Positions 41,141-54,877 of a stretch of 64,000 nucleotides of DNA are shown piece after piece. Both the position numbers and the translations under genes were made by a program. The notes under the pieces were generated by a model. That model worked only from the letters and a program-made list of their open reading frames with translations. It was not told where the DNA came from and did not search any database. Every line of letters begins with the position of its first letter. Within the stretch, counting starts at the first letter, position 1. The stretch is from Octopus vulgaris. Taxonomy: Eukaryota. Location: NCBI GenBank assembly GCA_951406725.2, contig OX597816.1:33046001-33110000 (forward strand). The letters are read 5' to 3'.

Positions 41141-41363
41141 TCCTTTCCGTTCTCCATTTTCAAGGTGATCTTAAACACATGAAATACAACCGTTATCTCG
41201 CAAGTCGTATCAAGCTACTTTCAAGTATCTAACAAGTGCGCATGCGAAAGAATACCTGAGGTTTTGTGTCGGAAAAACCGAACGATTACCACTCTGTCCC
41301 TAGAAACACACACATTCATACTCATAAATGCACACACAGACACACATATAAATTCATATATTT

Positions 41364-41432
<69 letters not shown>

Positions 41433-41451
41433 TCATATGTAGGTGTGTGTA

Positions 41452-41511
<60 letters not shown>

Positions 41512-42474
41512 CATGCGTATATGTGTGTATGTGTACATGGACATGTGGATTGCCGTGTGAAAATGTATAACTCGTCTCCTGTGAGAATTAGTAACAGAGT
41601 GATTGTTAGATAACGAAAAACATGTCAAAATTTACAATACACTGATAAACAAATATCTGAAGTCTCATGTGGAAATTAGTGTCTCTTGTTTATAATTAAG
41701 TTTGAATTCAATACACATATAGGCAATGTAATTATTTTCATTATTCCACAATACGAATGGAATGAGATTATTGTCATTTGATAAAATGAATTTTCACTTT
41801 TAATATATTCGCTATACCAAACAGAGAAATACGTCTACATTCTTCAATTCTGTGTGTGTTTGTGTGTGTGTCTCTGTGTGTCTTTGTGTCTGTGTGTCTG
41901 TGTCTATGCATGTGTATGCTCAACATTACGATAAATGAATGACATAGCACAACTCAATACTTTTTGAAAATATCAAATTCAATATTTCTTTCTTATTGTT
42001 TATAAAACTATATTTTCTAATCAGTTGAGGTCATAATAGATCGGTTTGCGGTGGAAATATATCTAATGTCTTTTTCATCAAAACTGAATATATCTGATGA
42101 TACGATAAGGAAATATCGAAGTATAGTAAGAAAGGCAATTCTGTAATCTGATTTCAATAAAGAACAATAGAATACAAAGAGATAAGTATAATCACCCAAC
42201 ACAAAAACAATAAATGGCAACTACGTACAAACAGAGATATAGCAAGCTGAAATACACACGATTTTATATAAAGATGAAATAGGTTCATATATACATTTAT
42301 GGTTAAGTATACTCATGTAGTTTATCTGATCTGATATAATATCACCCATATATTGTTCCCATTTCCCTTGTTCTATACAAAAAATATTTCATGTGCGTAT
42401 CTGCATATCTAAATTCTAAATACGCATGCAGGGATACATATACGAGTATATGTGCATACATACATACATATATA

Positions 42475-42525
<51 letters not shown>

Positions 42526-42526
42526 G

Positions 42527-42560
<34 letters not shown>

Positions 42561-42892
42561 TACATGCATATAAGCATATATACATTCGTATATAATTAAT
42601 ATATGTATATATATATATATATGTAAAAGTATTGTATAGGTATACGTGCGTATATATATATAACTATACATATATGAATATATATATAACAAAATTATAT
42701 ACAAAATACATAACTAATATATATATATAATATTGCTATATGTATACATATACGAAATTGAAACACATGTTTACATAGGTATGAATGTATATAAAAATAT
42801 AGAAACAAATCTAACTATATATACATATACACACATGTACATATATACACACATATACATATGCATACACACACGCACATATATACATATAC

Positions 42893-42992
42893 NNNNNNNN
42901 NNNNNNNNNNNNNNNNNNNNNNNNNNNNNNNNNNNNNNNNNNNNNNNNNNNNNNNNNNNNNNNNNNNNNNNNNNNNNNNNNNNNNNNNNNNN
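42893..42992. other. Assembly gap (100 N)
   Basis: Run of 100 n. Confidence 1.
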
Positions 42993-43138
42993 TTATTTCT
43001 CTAATTTTCATTTATATATCCTTTGTTATATCCTTTAATATTGTAGTGCCCCCCTCTCATCAATGTTAAGCCTATCTGAATTGTATGATGTATCTCGACA
43101 TTTCATATCATTCTCCATACCTTAGGCCCATGTGGGCC

Positions 43139-43208
<70 letters not shown>

Positions 43209-43331
43209 AAATATTCTTATTATTATTATTATTATCATTATTATCATTATTATCATTAGAATTAATTTTATTATTATTATTAACATTATTATTTTTAATA
43301 TTATCACTATTATTATTATTATTATTATTAC

Positions 43332-43808
43332 AATTAAGTATGGGAGCAGCTCATGCCATCGACACATGTACTAAGCTCAATATATCCTTCGTGACTACCC
43401 GTCTGATTAGGGTACACAGGCACATGCATCACAGTTATATGTGCGAATCATGGCGATCTTATATCAAGATAAACATCACATGACAGAATTTTCTTCGCGT
43501 TCAGTAGCCCGATGAATTTAGCACCTATTTTGGGGGTGAATTATTCATAACCGAAAGAATTCCTCTCAACACATGGCTAAGACTCTCTCCCATTACTTGT
43601 GCTCATGATGAAAGCTGCACTTACCCTCAGGCACTGAGGGACATGCTCAACAGTTGAAGGTCAAACAAATGACAAGCAAATCTTTGGTATTGGGCAGAAT
43701 ATTTGTTGTCGACCATGTTTTGCACCAAGATAACAACATGCACGTAATAACACTTCCGATCACTAAAGAACAGAAGCCACGAGATACACTACCTGGTATT
43801 GCATCTAA
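43332..43808. mobile_element. Non-coding interspersed repeat embedded in (TTA)n
   Basis: About 475 bp bounded by (TTA)n on both sides; 43590-43724 recurs at 45890-46024. Confidence 0.7.
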
Positions 43809-43893
<85 letters not shown>

Positions 43894-44067
43894 GATTATT
43901 ATTATTATTATTATCATTATTATTATTATTATTATTAATATCATCATCCTGCTGCTCTTGTTGTTTTTGTTTTTTTTTGTTGATGGTGGTGGTGGTATTA
44001 ATGGCGAGGTGTTGTTCTGGGTATGCTGAGTTTGTTACTGCTCCTGGTGTTCTGCTGTTGCTAATAT

Positions 44068-44700
<633 letters not shown>

Positions 44701-44763
44701 CCTTTTCTTTATTCATGTATTTTTATTACTATATGAGAAAGATGAGGAGTTATAGCATTGGTG

Positions 44764-44778
44764 TGCTGCTGCTGCTGT

Positions 44779-44848
<70 letters not shown>
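44764..44848. repeat. (CTG/TTG)n microsatellite
   Basis: Directly visible. Confidence 0.95.
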
Positions 44849-44851
<3 letters not shown>

Positions 44852-45884
44852 ACATATGGTGATTAGGGAAGATTAGAAAGATAATGACGACAATGATAAA
44901 CTGATAACGACTCAGCAAAGTTAATGTACGAATATGGCTGACGACGACGCCGGTGACAGTCATGGTGGTGGTTCCTGTTGGGTGCTGATGATTATGATGA
45001 TGAGGAGGATGATGATTATGATGATGGTGAGGACAACGACGGTGATGACGAAGATGACGCTGACAACGTCGACGACGGCGACAACAACGAGAAGGTGTGT
45101 GATGATGTTGATAATAAATTTCATTATATTTAAGTTTCATTAGAATCTAACAAACCATTGCTATTCACTTTTTATTTGCAGTCATAAAAGACAAGCTCCA
45201 TAGTTTTACGAGCGAAATTCCACAATCATAAAACTACTAAATCTCTGCAATTAATTTGAAGAATTATTTCACTGCATTCAGTTGCAGCAAACATTCGAGT
45301 TTTTCTTCGCGATCCCAAGTTTAATGTCCTTGCTATTTGGTTTTATTTTTAAGTCTGTGAGCAATGTTACGCAGTACACAGTTGATCATATGAAATAGTT
45401 TGACATAATGCTGTTCCATTAATGTTCAGGAAAACAAAGTTAACGAACCAAAGAGAGAGCCTATATATTATAGCTCTACTGGTTAGAAATAGCAGTTTAA
45501 TATCTCTAAAATCACGTTTGACATTTTAAAAGTAGGAATTTAAGTTGAATATCCAGGTAAATTTAGTCGTCCTATAAGTACTATAACAAAACAAAAGTTG
45601 CTCATATATATATTTATTTATTTATTTATCTAAATATATGCATATTCACGTATATGAGTATGCATATGTGTGTGCGTGTAGAGATGTGTATATGAGAATA
45701 GTAATGCGTGCATGGACATATATACGTGTGCATGCATGTGTATGCGTGTATGTATGTGTATATGCGTGATTGTCCTTTATTATATATGTATAGATAAATT
45801 CCTCTCTTTACTTAATATAATGCCTTCGAAGGTCTTATATATGTGAATATCTGTATATGTGTATGCATTTACATGGCAATGACG

Positions 45885-46024
45885 CTTTCCCATTACTTCT
45901 GCTCATGTTCAAAGCTGTCCTTATCCTTAGGCACTAAGGGACATGCTCAACAGGTGAAGGTCAAACAAATGACGAGCTAATCTTTGGTATTGGGCAGAAT
46001 ATTTGTTGTCGACCATCTTTTGCA
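45885..46024. mobile_element. Partial copy of the 43332-43808 repeat
   Basis: CCCATTACTT.TGCTCATG...GGGACATGCTCAACAG.TGAAGGTCAAACAAATGAC...GTCGACCAT is shared. Confidence 0.8.
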
Positions 46025-46034
46025 ATGTATATCA

Positions 46035-46106
<72 letters not shown>

Positions 46107-46153
46107 TTCTGAGTCTGAGACCATCTTCGGTCATGAAACTGACCATGGGATTG

Positions 46154-46222
<69 letters not shown>

Positions 46223-46510
46223 ATCGCGTAGTATAGTTGGTAGGGTGTTGCACTCGCAATCTAGTGATCGGAATTTCTATTTCTACACCGAGTGGTGCAT
46301 TGTGTTCTGACGTTACTCTACGACCATTTTGACACCTGAAGTGCGGTACACCGTGCACCTGTTCAGACATTGATCATTTTATGGAGAGAATGGGTTAATG
46401 TGCACAGACACACAAACACACACACACATATACATATATATACATATATACGACAGGCTACGTGGTTATATTTACACACACAAACACACATACACACACA
46501 CATATATAGT

Positions 46511-46710
46511 GAGAATTAACAAAAAAACATAAAACGAAGACGGGTGTGTAAACAACAAGGTGATGTATTAGTTTAACCCTCGGGAAGTGAGAGTCTTTTA
46601 TGTTTCTAGCCTATGCTCTTCGACAGATAGGAACACAGAAATAAACAGAGGGAAAATAGAAAAATGTTTAGTGACTAGCGATCTATCATGGCGTATGCCG
46701 GACAGAGGGA
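46511..46710 (-). mobile_element. Penelope-like terminal repeat with variant hammerhead (family P2)
   Basis: Minus strand reads CTAT-CTGTCGA-A-GAGC-ATAG-GCTA-GAAA-CATA-AAAG; homologous to 39473-39650. Confidence 0.65.
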
Positions 46711-46982
46711 TCACACACTACCTGATCTTATCCACAGTTTTGATATAAGTGTCACTGGAACTACCTCGGGAATTCTGCAGTCTACGTCGGGTTTTATAGT
46801 GAATGAGGGAAACGGAGGAAAGTGCCACTTGTGTTTGAACACTATACAAATATTCTTTTCAAAATACTTTTCTTTTAATTTTTATAAATTTTATTGTTTT
46901 TCCATACTTATAGTTCAAAAAGTCTCAATGACTGAAACCGGTACTGAAATGGTTTTTATAAAATTATTTTAGCATTTTCTAT

Positions 46983-47351
46983 ACTCTTTTACTCTTTTAC
47001 TTGTTTCAGTCATTTGACTGCGGCCATGCTGGAGCACCACCTTTTAGTACTTATTCTATCAGTCTCTTTTTGGCGAACCGCTAAGTGACGGGGACGTAAA
47101 CACACCAGCATCGGTTGTCAAGCAATGCTAGGGGGACAAACACAGACACACAAAGACACACACACATATACATATATATACATATATACGACAGGCTTCT
47201 TTCAGTTTCCGTCTACCAAATCCACTCACAAGGCATTGGTCGGCCCGGGGCTATAGCAGAAGACACTTGCCCAAGATGCCACGCAGTGGGACTGAACCCG
47301 CAACCGTGTGGTTGGTTAGCAAGCTACTTACCACACAGCCACTCCTACGCC
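46983..47351 (-). mobile_element. CORE-type tRNA SINE (family A) with a small internal deletion
   Basis: Matches 30947-31357 but lacks the TCGAGCAAATCGACCCC...GTAAGCCC segment near 47047. Confidence 0.92.
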
Positions 47352-47782
47352 TATCTTGACTTTTTTTCCATATATATCAACTCGTGTGTCCCTTTTCAAC
47401 CTTCTACATATATATACATATATATATGAGCAAGTAATTATTATTTGGACTTTGGGTATACGGTTAGCAGTATGCCGTTTAAAGCACTCTCACTAATTCG
47501 GCTACCTGATCTTATCCACAGTTTTGATATAAGTGTCACTGGAACTACCTCGGGAATTCTGCAGTCTGCGTCGGGTTTTATAGTGAATGAGGGAAACGGA
47601 AAATGGAGCTCACAGAAACGTTTGTTCGTCGCAACTGTCGTTTTGACTCATCTTGCATCGGTCCCTTACAGGTGAGATACTGTTCAACAGTATATGCATC
47701 CTCCGCTGCAGATACATCTTGCTAACTATACTCGGTTTTTCTTGGCATGTTGTTGTTGCCAGTAGGCTGTTGTCTATAATTA

Positions 47783-48271
47783 CCGTAAGTCCTCGAGAAT
47801 AATCCGCATTTTTCCCCAAAATTTAATGGTCAAAATCCCTAGTGCGCACTATATACGGGGTTAAAAATGAAAATTATTTTCTAAGCAATGTCCTAGTCTC
47901 TATTTCTTGTCCGGCAATGTTTATTCAGACGCACTTTGTGCTAAGACTGAAAGCAATGAAATCATAAAAGAATCATCCATAACTTACAGTAAGCAACATT
48001 TATTACATGTTATTACTGTTAGTACTGTTATTTCTTTTCAACGTGGTTGGACACTGGAAATCTCGACAGAGACGCGCACGTTTGCATTGTTATATGTACA
48101 ATAATAATAAAGGACGTTACCGTATGCAGTTTTACAAACCGAAGACGTTACATAGGCCTCCTTGACTCAAGTTAGAGAAGGGGTACGTGTGTACCGTTGG
48201 CGATTTTTTACCCCCGTCTAAAATCCCCTGCGTATTATACTCAAGGGCGGAATACACTCGAAGAATAACGG
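47783..48271. mobile_element. pogo/Tc2-like MITE (Tc1-mariner superfamily)
   Basis: TA|CCGTAAGTCCTCGAGAATAATCCGC ... GCGGAATACACTCGAAGAATAACGG|TA: imperfect 25-bp terminal inverted repeats with a TA duplication and no ORF. Confidence 0.8.
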
Positions 48272-49140
48272 TATATAAAATTTATATATACATGTATACA
48301 TGTGTGTTTGTGTTATTACATGTTTACATATTACTCATATATACACATACGTGTGTGTGAGTATGTGTGTGTGTATGTGAGTATGTGTGTGTGTGTGTGA
48401 GTATGTGTGTGTGTATAATTGCAGTTTGAAACATTGCTTATGTTTGATGTACGCAGTGGACATGAATTAAACAGAAATTATGTGAAGTAAATGCGACGAC
48501 ACTTGAAAATCACTGAAAATAGAACTATCCTGCTGTATCACATTGAGTGAAAACAATATATATGATAATCTAGTTTCAAGGTGAATAATCTTGTGTCTGA
48601 AATAATTTTTCATCGTTTTAAGCAGGATTCATTCCGTATTTGGAAGATAGAATAATTCCAAGGAAATATTGGTTATTGAATAGGATTCGTGTAAGTAAAT
48701 ATATATTTATGTAGTTTATGGATAAAGAAGGGTTACTATGGATATCAGCCAGAAATTTCAGTTGTGTTCCGAATTAAAAGGTAGCAGGGGAACAGCATAA
48801 ATAATACATGTGGTATCAGGCTTGAATGTGCATTTGCGGATATACAACACTTTTATATTATATGTGGACATGTCAGCAAGTGTTTAATAATATGAACGCG
48901 TATGTGTTAGTAAGCGTCAGAATGTGTATGAACAAGCTAGGAGATTGTTTACAATAAATATAAACGTTTTTAAGTTACATCATTATGTTGTTTATAAAGG
49001 TTTGTTTTTTTCTTTGGTCAACGTGGTTGGACACTGGAAATCTCGACAGAGACGCGCGACGGATTGGAAAAAAAGTATGCAACTACTATCCTTAGAAATG
49101 TGGCACACTTTAAAGAATGTGGAACATATATATTATTTGT

Positions 49141-49347
49141 GATGGCGTGTGTACCGTTGGCGATTTTTTACCTCCGTCTTCCCTTCTCTGGATCTTTCCT
49201 CTTTCCTATGTTTCTGATGAAGAGCTCCGCTCGAAGCGTTAAACCCTCCTTCTTCCCTTCCTTCCTGAGCGTCCAATAATACTATATTTGTTCCACCTCC
49301 TCGCGTTGTTGTGTTTTCTCTTTGTGTTTTCATGTTTGGATTAACTT
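49141..49347 (+). mobile_element. Penelope-like terminal repeat with minimal hammerhead (family P1)
   Basis: GTTT-CTGATGA-A-GAGC-TCC-GCTC-GAAG-CGTT-AAAC at 49210-49244; ends in (TA)n. Confidence 0.8.
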
Positions 49348-49569
49348 TATATATATATATGCTATAACTGAAAAAGAAAACCACTTGTGGGGTACTCACT
49401 GTTGGATTGCCTTTAATCTTAAACTCTTTCGTTCACACCCGACTGAGTAATGGAAATGAAAAAGAAAATCTAATCAAGGTGATGAATCTTGTGTCTGAAA
49501 TAATTTTGACTTTTAAGCAGGATTATTCCGTATTTGGAAAAGAATAATTCCAAGGAAATATTGGTTTTA

Positions 49570-49773
49570 AACTTTGGCAGAAGGTTAGTAGTAGTCTTGT
49601 CGGAGAGCCAAATCGATTAAATTGAATTCAGTGCTGAATTGGCATGTGTTTTACCGACCCTTAAAGGATGAAAGACAAAGTCGACCTTGGTGGAATTTTA
49701 ACTGAGAACATAGAGATAGACGAAATGTCGCTAAGCGTATTGTCCTGTATAATAACCATTCTGCCAGCTCGCC
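49570..49773 (-). mobile_element. SINE family C
   Basis: AAAGGATGAAAGACAAAGTCGACCTTGGTGGAATTT...TTCTGCCAGCTCGCC. Confidence 0.82.
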
Positions 49774-50663
49774 AACTTATCCAAAGGATATAATGAAGAT
49801 CAATGTCGATATTGGAATTTTCATCTATAAAGAAGCCTAATCGAGACATGAAACAACGTTTATGCATCACAAATACTTTACACCAGGTTTCCAAATAATT
49901 GATATTTCCTATGATATGGTCCAACTAACAGCTTAAATATAAGTTTGAAGACAAATCACGGGAAAGTTAAGAAAATATCAACTATTGTTTTTATTGGTCC
50001 CATATGAAGCTAGAGAGACGAGAATTATAATCTATGTAAACTGGACATATCTCATCATTTTATCACTCTCTACTACTATTTTTCATTCTCATTTGTAACA
50101 GAGTAGCGTGTGATTTAAGAATGATTAGGTTGTTACTTCTTGAAGATCGTGTCAGCGGGTATGTTCATCATTGTTTTGATGTGGAATATCCTTTTTGAGT
50201 TCTTTTAATACTGAACGGTCAAGATTTCCTGTTTACAGGGTTAGGTGTGTGGGTGGATTGAAGAGTAGTAATGGTAAAGTCATACGCGAAAGATTTTACA
50301 GTATGTTCTTTTAATTCTTTTGTTACGGTGTTCAAATCGTTCCAAAGTCAGTTTTTGTTATAATCTTACACTGTATTGGTGAAATATTAAACAACTGAAG
50401 AATTCATGTTAATTCACTTAGTTATACGACTACACAACTCCACCCGAAATTGTCGAAAAATGTATGTTTTTTTTTTTATATTAACATTGATTGGTAGAAC
50501 TTAGTGCTTACTTAGATAAAGAGTTGACTGGTAGAATGTGATATTTACGAAGATGATAGGGTAGATTTCAGTTACAGCTGACGATATGTCTGCGCCTGTT
50601 TACGCAGACCTAGATAGAATCTTTCTTAGTAAGACTGGTAGTTGCCAAGGCACGAAACTCGCT

Positions 50664-50707
<44 letters not shown>

Positions 50708-50851
50708 CTCTTCCTCCCAGTGTTATCCAAAGGAATGATACACACTTGTCAACAGTGTTGTGAGAGTAGTTGTCTTCAGATCGCAAAAATTTGAAACTGA
50801 TATTCCTGATCCTCAAACAGTTTCCCTAATACATTCTTCTGGAATGATTAT

Positions 50852-50984
50852 TTATTATCGGCTACGGAAAGATGAAAAGCAAAGCTGACCTCCGTCGGAT
50901 TTGAACCCAAATATCAGAAAGTTGAAACAAATGCCTTTAGTCATTCTAAGCACTGCTCTAACGACTCTGCCAACTTACCGCCTT
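50852..50984 (-). mobile_element. SINE family C, 5' part
   Basis: GATGAAAAGCAAAGCTGACCTC...CTAACGACTCTGCCAACTTACCGCCTT. Confidence 0.7.
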
Positions 50985-51576
50985 AGCATGTATTGTTCTT
51001 TACACTGGTAATCGCATGGATTGGTACACTGTTATATTTACATATTAGGTCGAATGGCAAAGTGTGATAGCTCTGGCTTTAACTTTCGGAAGGTCATCTT
51101 TACCGTTCATGATTAAGGGGTTAATAAAATAAAATACCGAGCAATTAATGCATGACCCTGTTACTATGACCCATGTCAATATTTACATAAATTATTAAAT
51201 TATTTCAAAATCCATTTAAATTACTTCAAAATAATAAATTTAATAGCCTTTTATATTTTCATATTTTAAAACATTTTATAATGCATTTCCCCTACATTTT
51301 GATATTCCAACATCAATCGATACCCACGCTTTCAACTCCACCACCATTCCTATAATTGTTATAATTGTTGTTGTTATTATTAATATTATTATTATTGTTG
51401 TTGTTGTTGCTGCTGCTTCTGCTGCTGCTGCTGATGCTGCTAATGTTCTTCTTGTTATTATATTCGTATTATTACTATTATCATTGAATAAAAGAATTAT
51501 TATCGAAAAAGTAAATCATTATTTTTATTGTTAATGTAGTTGTTATTATGAATGAAAGCAACAGGATCTTCATCGA

Positions 51577-51663
<87 letters not shown>

Positions 51664-51667
51664 AATG

Positions 51668-51699
<32 letters not shown>

Positions 51700-52150
51700 C
51701 ATTACTATGTTCAATATCACCATGTTATTAATCATTATCAGCATCGACAACAACAACAAAAAAACAAGCCATAAAAATATTCGTCTATAAAATCTTTGTT
51801 TCTATTATAAATATTTGAAATGATAATTATTGCTATTATAAACAATAACACTTTAATCATTATCATTAACAGCATCCTCCTCAACATGCACCTCCTTCTC
51901 CATCAAACACCACGCCGTGATTCCGCCACCGCCCCCGACTCCCTTCTCTTACTTATTAATCTATAATCATATTAAAACGTTGTCGTTCTTGATCCTACAC
52001 ACGTTTTATATACTCAAGCGATTCCACATACGCAAGCACGTGTGCGCGTACGGTCACACACGCCCACTCGGGCAACAACACACAGCACATCCTCCACACT
52101 CAAGTTATATATGTACACACATATATGTATTTATGTGCACACACATATAT

Positions 52151-52223
<73 letters not shown>

Positions 52224-52400
52224 TATACATATATATATGCATATATATGTATATGCCTATATACACATATATATATATGCACATATATATATGAATATAT
52301 ATACATATATAGATATAGATATACATAGATACACACACACGTATATATATATGTGCGTGTCTATATGTATATATACATGTGTATATATATACATGTATGC

Positions 52401-52432
<32 letters not shown>

Positions 52433-52486
52433 ATGCATATATATGTATATATGTATATATATATACATAATATGTATATATATTAT

Positions 52487-52579
<93 letters not shown>

Positions 52580-52689
52580 GTATGTATGTATACTTCTTCA
52601 ACAGGAATGTTGACAGTGACTTGAAAGTTTTCGACAACTAAGCCATGAAGTGACTGCAATGCATTAATTAGTCTTGCCTTTATATAGTC

Positions 52690-53040
52690 TTTATATAAAA
52701 AAATATGCATCCGTATCAATTGGTGTATTTAGGGAATCCTACTAAATATACTGATAAATTTAAGACTGATCTACATTACTTCTTCAAACATTGGACTTCT
52801 CAATCACACTCGAAACACAAGTACAGTCATTCAACTTCTTAGATGTTACCCTCGACCTGTTTCTTTTTGCTTTTTTTTTCAGGAGTGTCAATAAGGTTTA
52901 CAACTAAAATGCAATAGGTTTTGACGTCTGGTGCTTTGATTCGTCTGGCTTAGTTGGTGCAGCTAGGAAATCGGATCTCTTCAGTACAGCCCACTCGGGC
53001 AACGGAATTCATAGAGCCATCCTCCAACTCAAGTTATCTT
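52690..53040 (+). mobile_element. Penelope-like element remnant: RT fragment plus decayed terminal repeat
   Basis: Plus-strand SITLETQVQSFNFLDVTLDL (PLE RT FLDV motif). Downstream CTGGCT...AGCTAG-GAAA-TCGGA-TC resembles a decayed hammerhead. Confidence 0.6.
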
Positions 53041-53191
53041 AAATATATGTGTACGTCAAGTATATATATATAAATATATATATATATATCTATGTATGTT
53101 TGTATGCATGTATAAAATTATTTCAAACCCGAAAACAAATTCTCTATTCTTCCCTACGTGAGATTACATACATACTTACATGCATATATAT

Positions 53192-53239
<48 letters not shown>

Positions 53240-53279
53240 AGCCGAGTAAAATAGGAATCAAAGGGGTTCATATATAAAA

Positions 53280-53690
53280 ACGTAGTTGTGAAGCACTTCT
53301 CTAAGGGGTCCTAGCTATATCTAGGTCTTGACTCCTTGATAACCCTCTGCTGCAACATTGTGGGCTACTTTCTTCATTGTAAACTTTCTGGATGCCTAAC
53401 ATGGCCGAGACCGGAGGTACCTTGGTATAGTAATCAGTTCATTTAAAGACGCCAATTGACTGTAAGGTACATCATGCTTTTCAAATTCACTTCTATGCCT
53501 CCTTCATCAGATTCAGTTTGAACTGTCCCCAGATGCTTCCTTCATTAGCTTTACACCTCAGGGTTTTTTTCCCAGAATCTGAAAAAACACTTCATGAGAA
53601 CTTATATAGATTTCACAACAAAATCTCTCGAACCCACATCTATGGTGAAGTCTTTGATTTGAAAGCCAATTCTCTTAGTCTGACAGCTAT
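53280..53690 (-). mobile_element. HERO/NeSL-like RLE LINE 3' end (duplicated at about 54030-54385)
   Basis: GFQIKDFTIDVGSRDFVVKS (cf. GW...EVGxRGF) and KEASGDSSN*I**RR (cf. AAExSSxWIWxKR). Confidence 0.5.
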
Positions 53691-54719
53691 ACTATCACAA
53701 ATTTTTGTCTTCTGTAGGTATATGTGTGTACATGTACGCATGTATCTATATGCATGCGTTTGTATATGAAGATGTGTGGTTAGTGTGCGCGTTGTTCAGT
53801 GATAAAGACGGGGAAGTATACTGCAGCACGCTCTATGTACGAATGCTTATTCGCTTAACAAAATCGACTGTATCCTAATCAACTTAACTAATTTATTCGA
53901 GTTCTTTTATTATTTATTCTTAATATATTGTTCTATACATTTGTTGATGTATGTATGCGTATTCAGCTAGGAAGAATTACTGTGCCATGTCACTGCCTCG
54001 CGGACCATGCATGCGGAGACCGGTTCATATATCTAGGTCTTGACTCCTTGATAACCCTCTGCTGCAACATTGTGGGCTACTTTCTTCATTGTAAACTTTC
54101 TGGATGCCTAACATGGCCGAGACCGGAGGTACCTTGGTATAGTAATCAGTTCATTTAAAGACGCCAATTGACTGTAAGGTACATCATGCTTTTCAAATTC
54201 ACTTCTATGCCTCCTTCATCAGATTCAGTTTGAACTGTCCCCAGATGCTTCCTTCATTAGCTTTACACCTCAGGGTTTTTTTTTTCCCAGAATCTGAAAA
54301 AATACTTCACAACAAAATCTCTCGAACCCACATCTATGGTGAAGTCTTTGATTTGAAAGCCAATTCTCTTAGTCTGACAGCTATACTGTCACAAATTTTT
54401 GTCTTCTGTAGGTATATGTGTGTACATGTACGCATGTATCTATATGCATGCGTTTGTATATGAAGATGTGTGGTTAGTGTGCGCGTTGTTCAGTGATAAA
54501 GACGGGGAAGTATACTGCAGCACGCTCTATGTACGAATGCTTATTCGCTTAACAAAATCGACTGTATCCTAATCAACTTAACTAATTTATTCGAGTTCTT
54601 TTATTATTTATTCTTAATATATTGTTCTATACATTTGTTGATGTCTGTATGTGTATTCAGCTAGGAAGAATTACTGTGCCATGTCACTGCCTCGCGGACC
54701 ATGCATGCGGAGACCGGTT
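53316..54719. repeat. Tandem duplication, two units with period 712 bp
   Basis: 53316-54025 and 54028-54719 are near identical. Unit 2 has a 21-bp deletion, a longer T run and a few substitutions. Confidence 0.97.
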
Positions 54720-54801
54720 ATTATGTGTATGTTGAATACTAATGAATGGTTATTTATGCAGCTATGGTAAATAAAAATGTGTGTGTATGTGTATGTATAC
54801 A

Positions 54802-54877
<76 letters not shown>

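Noticed and set aside
44709-45140. Poly-Q/His ORF resembling a transcription factor exon
   Set aside because: Lies within a continuous field of trinucleotide repeats, with no splice or domain support.
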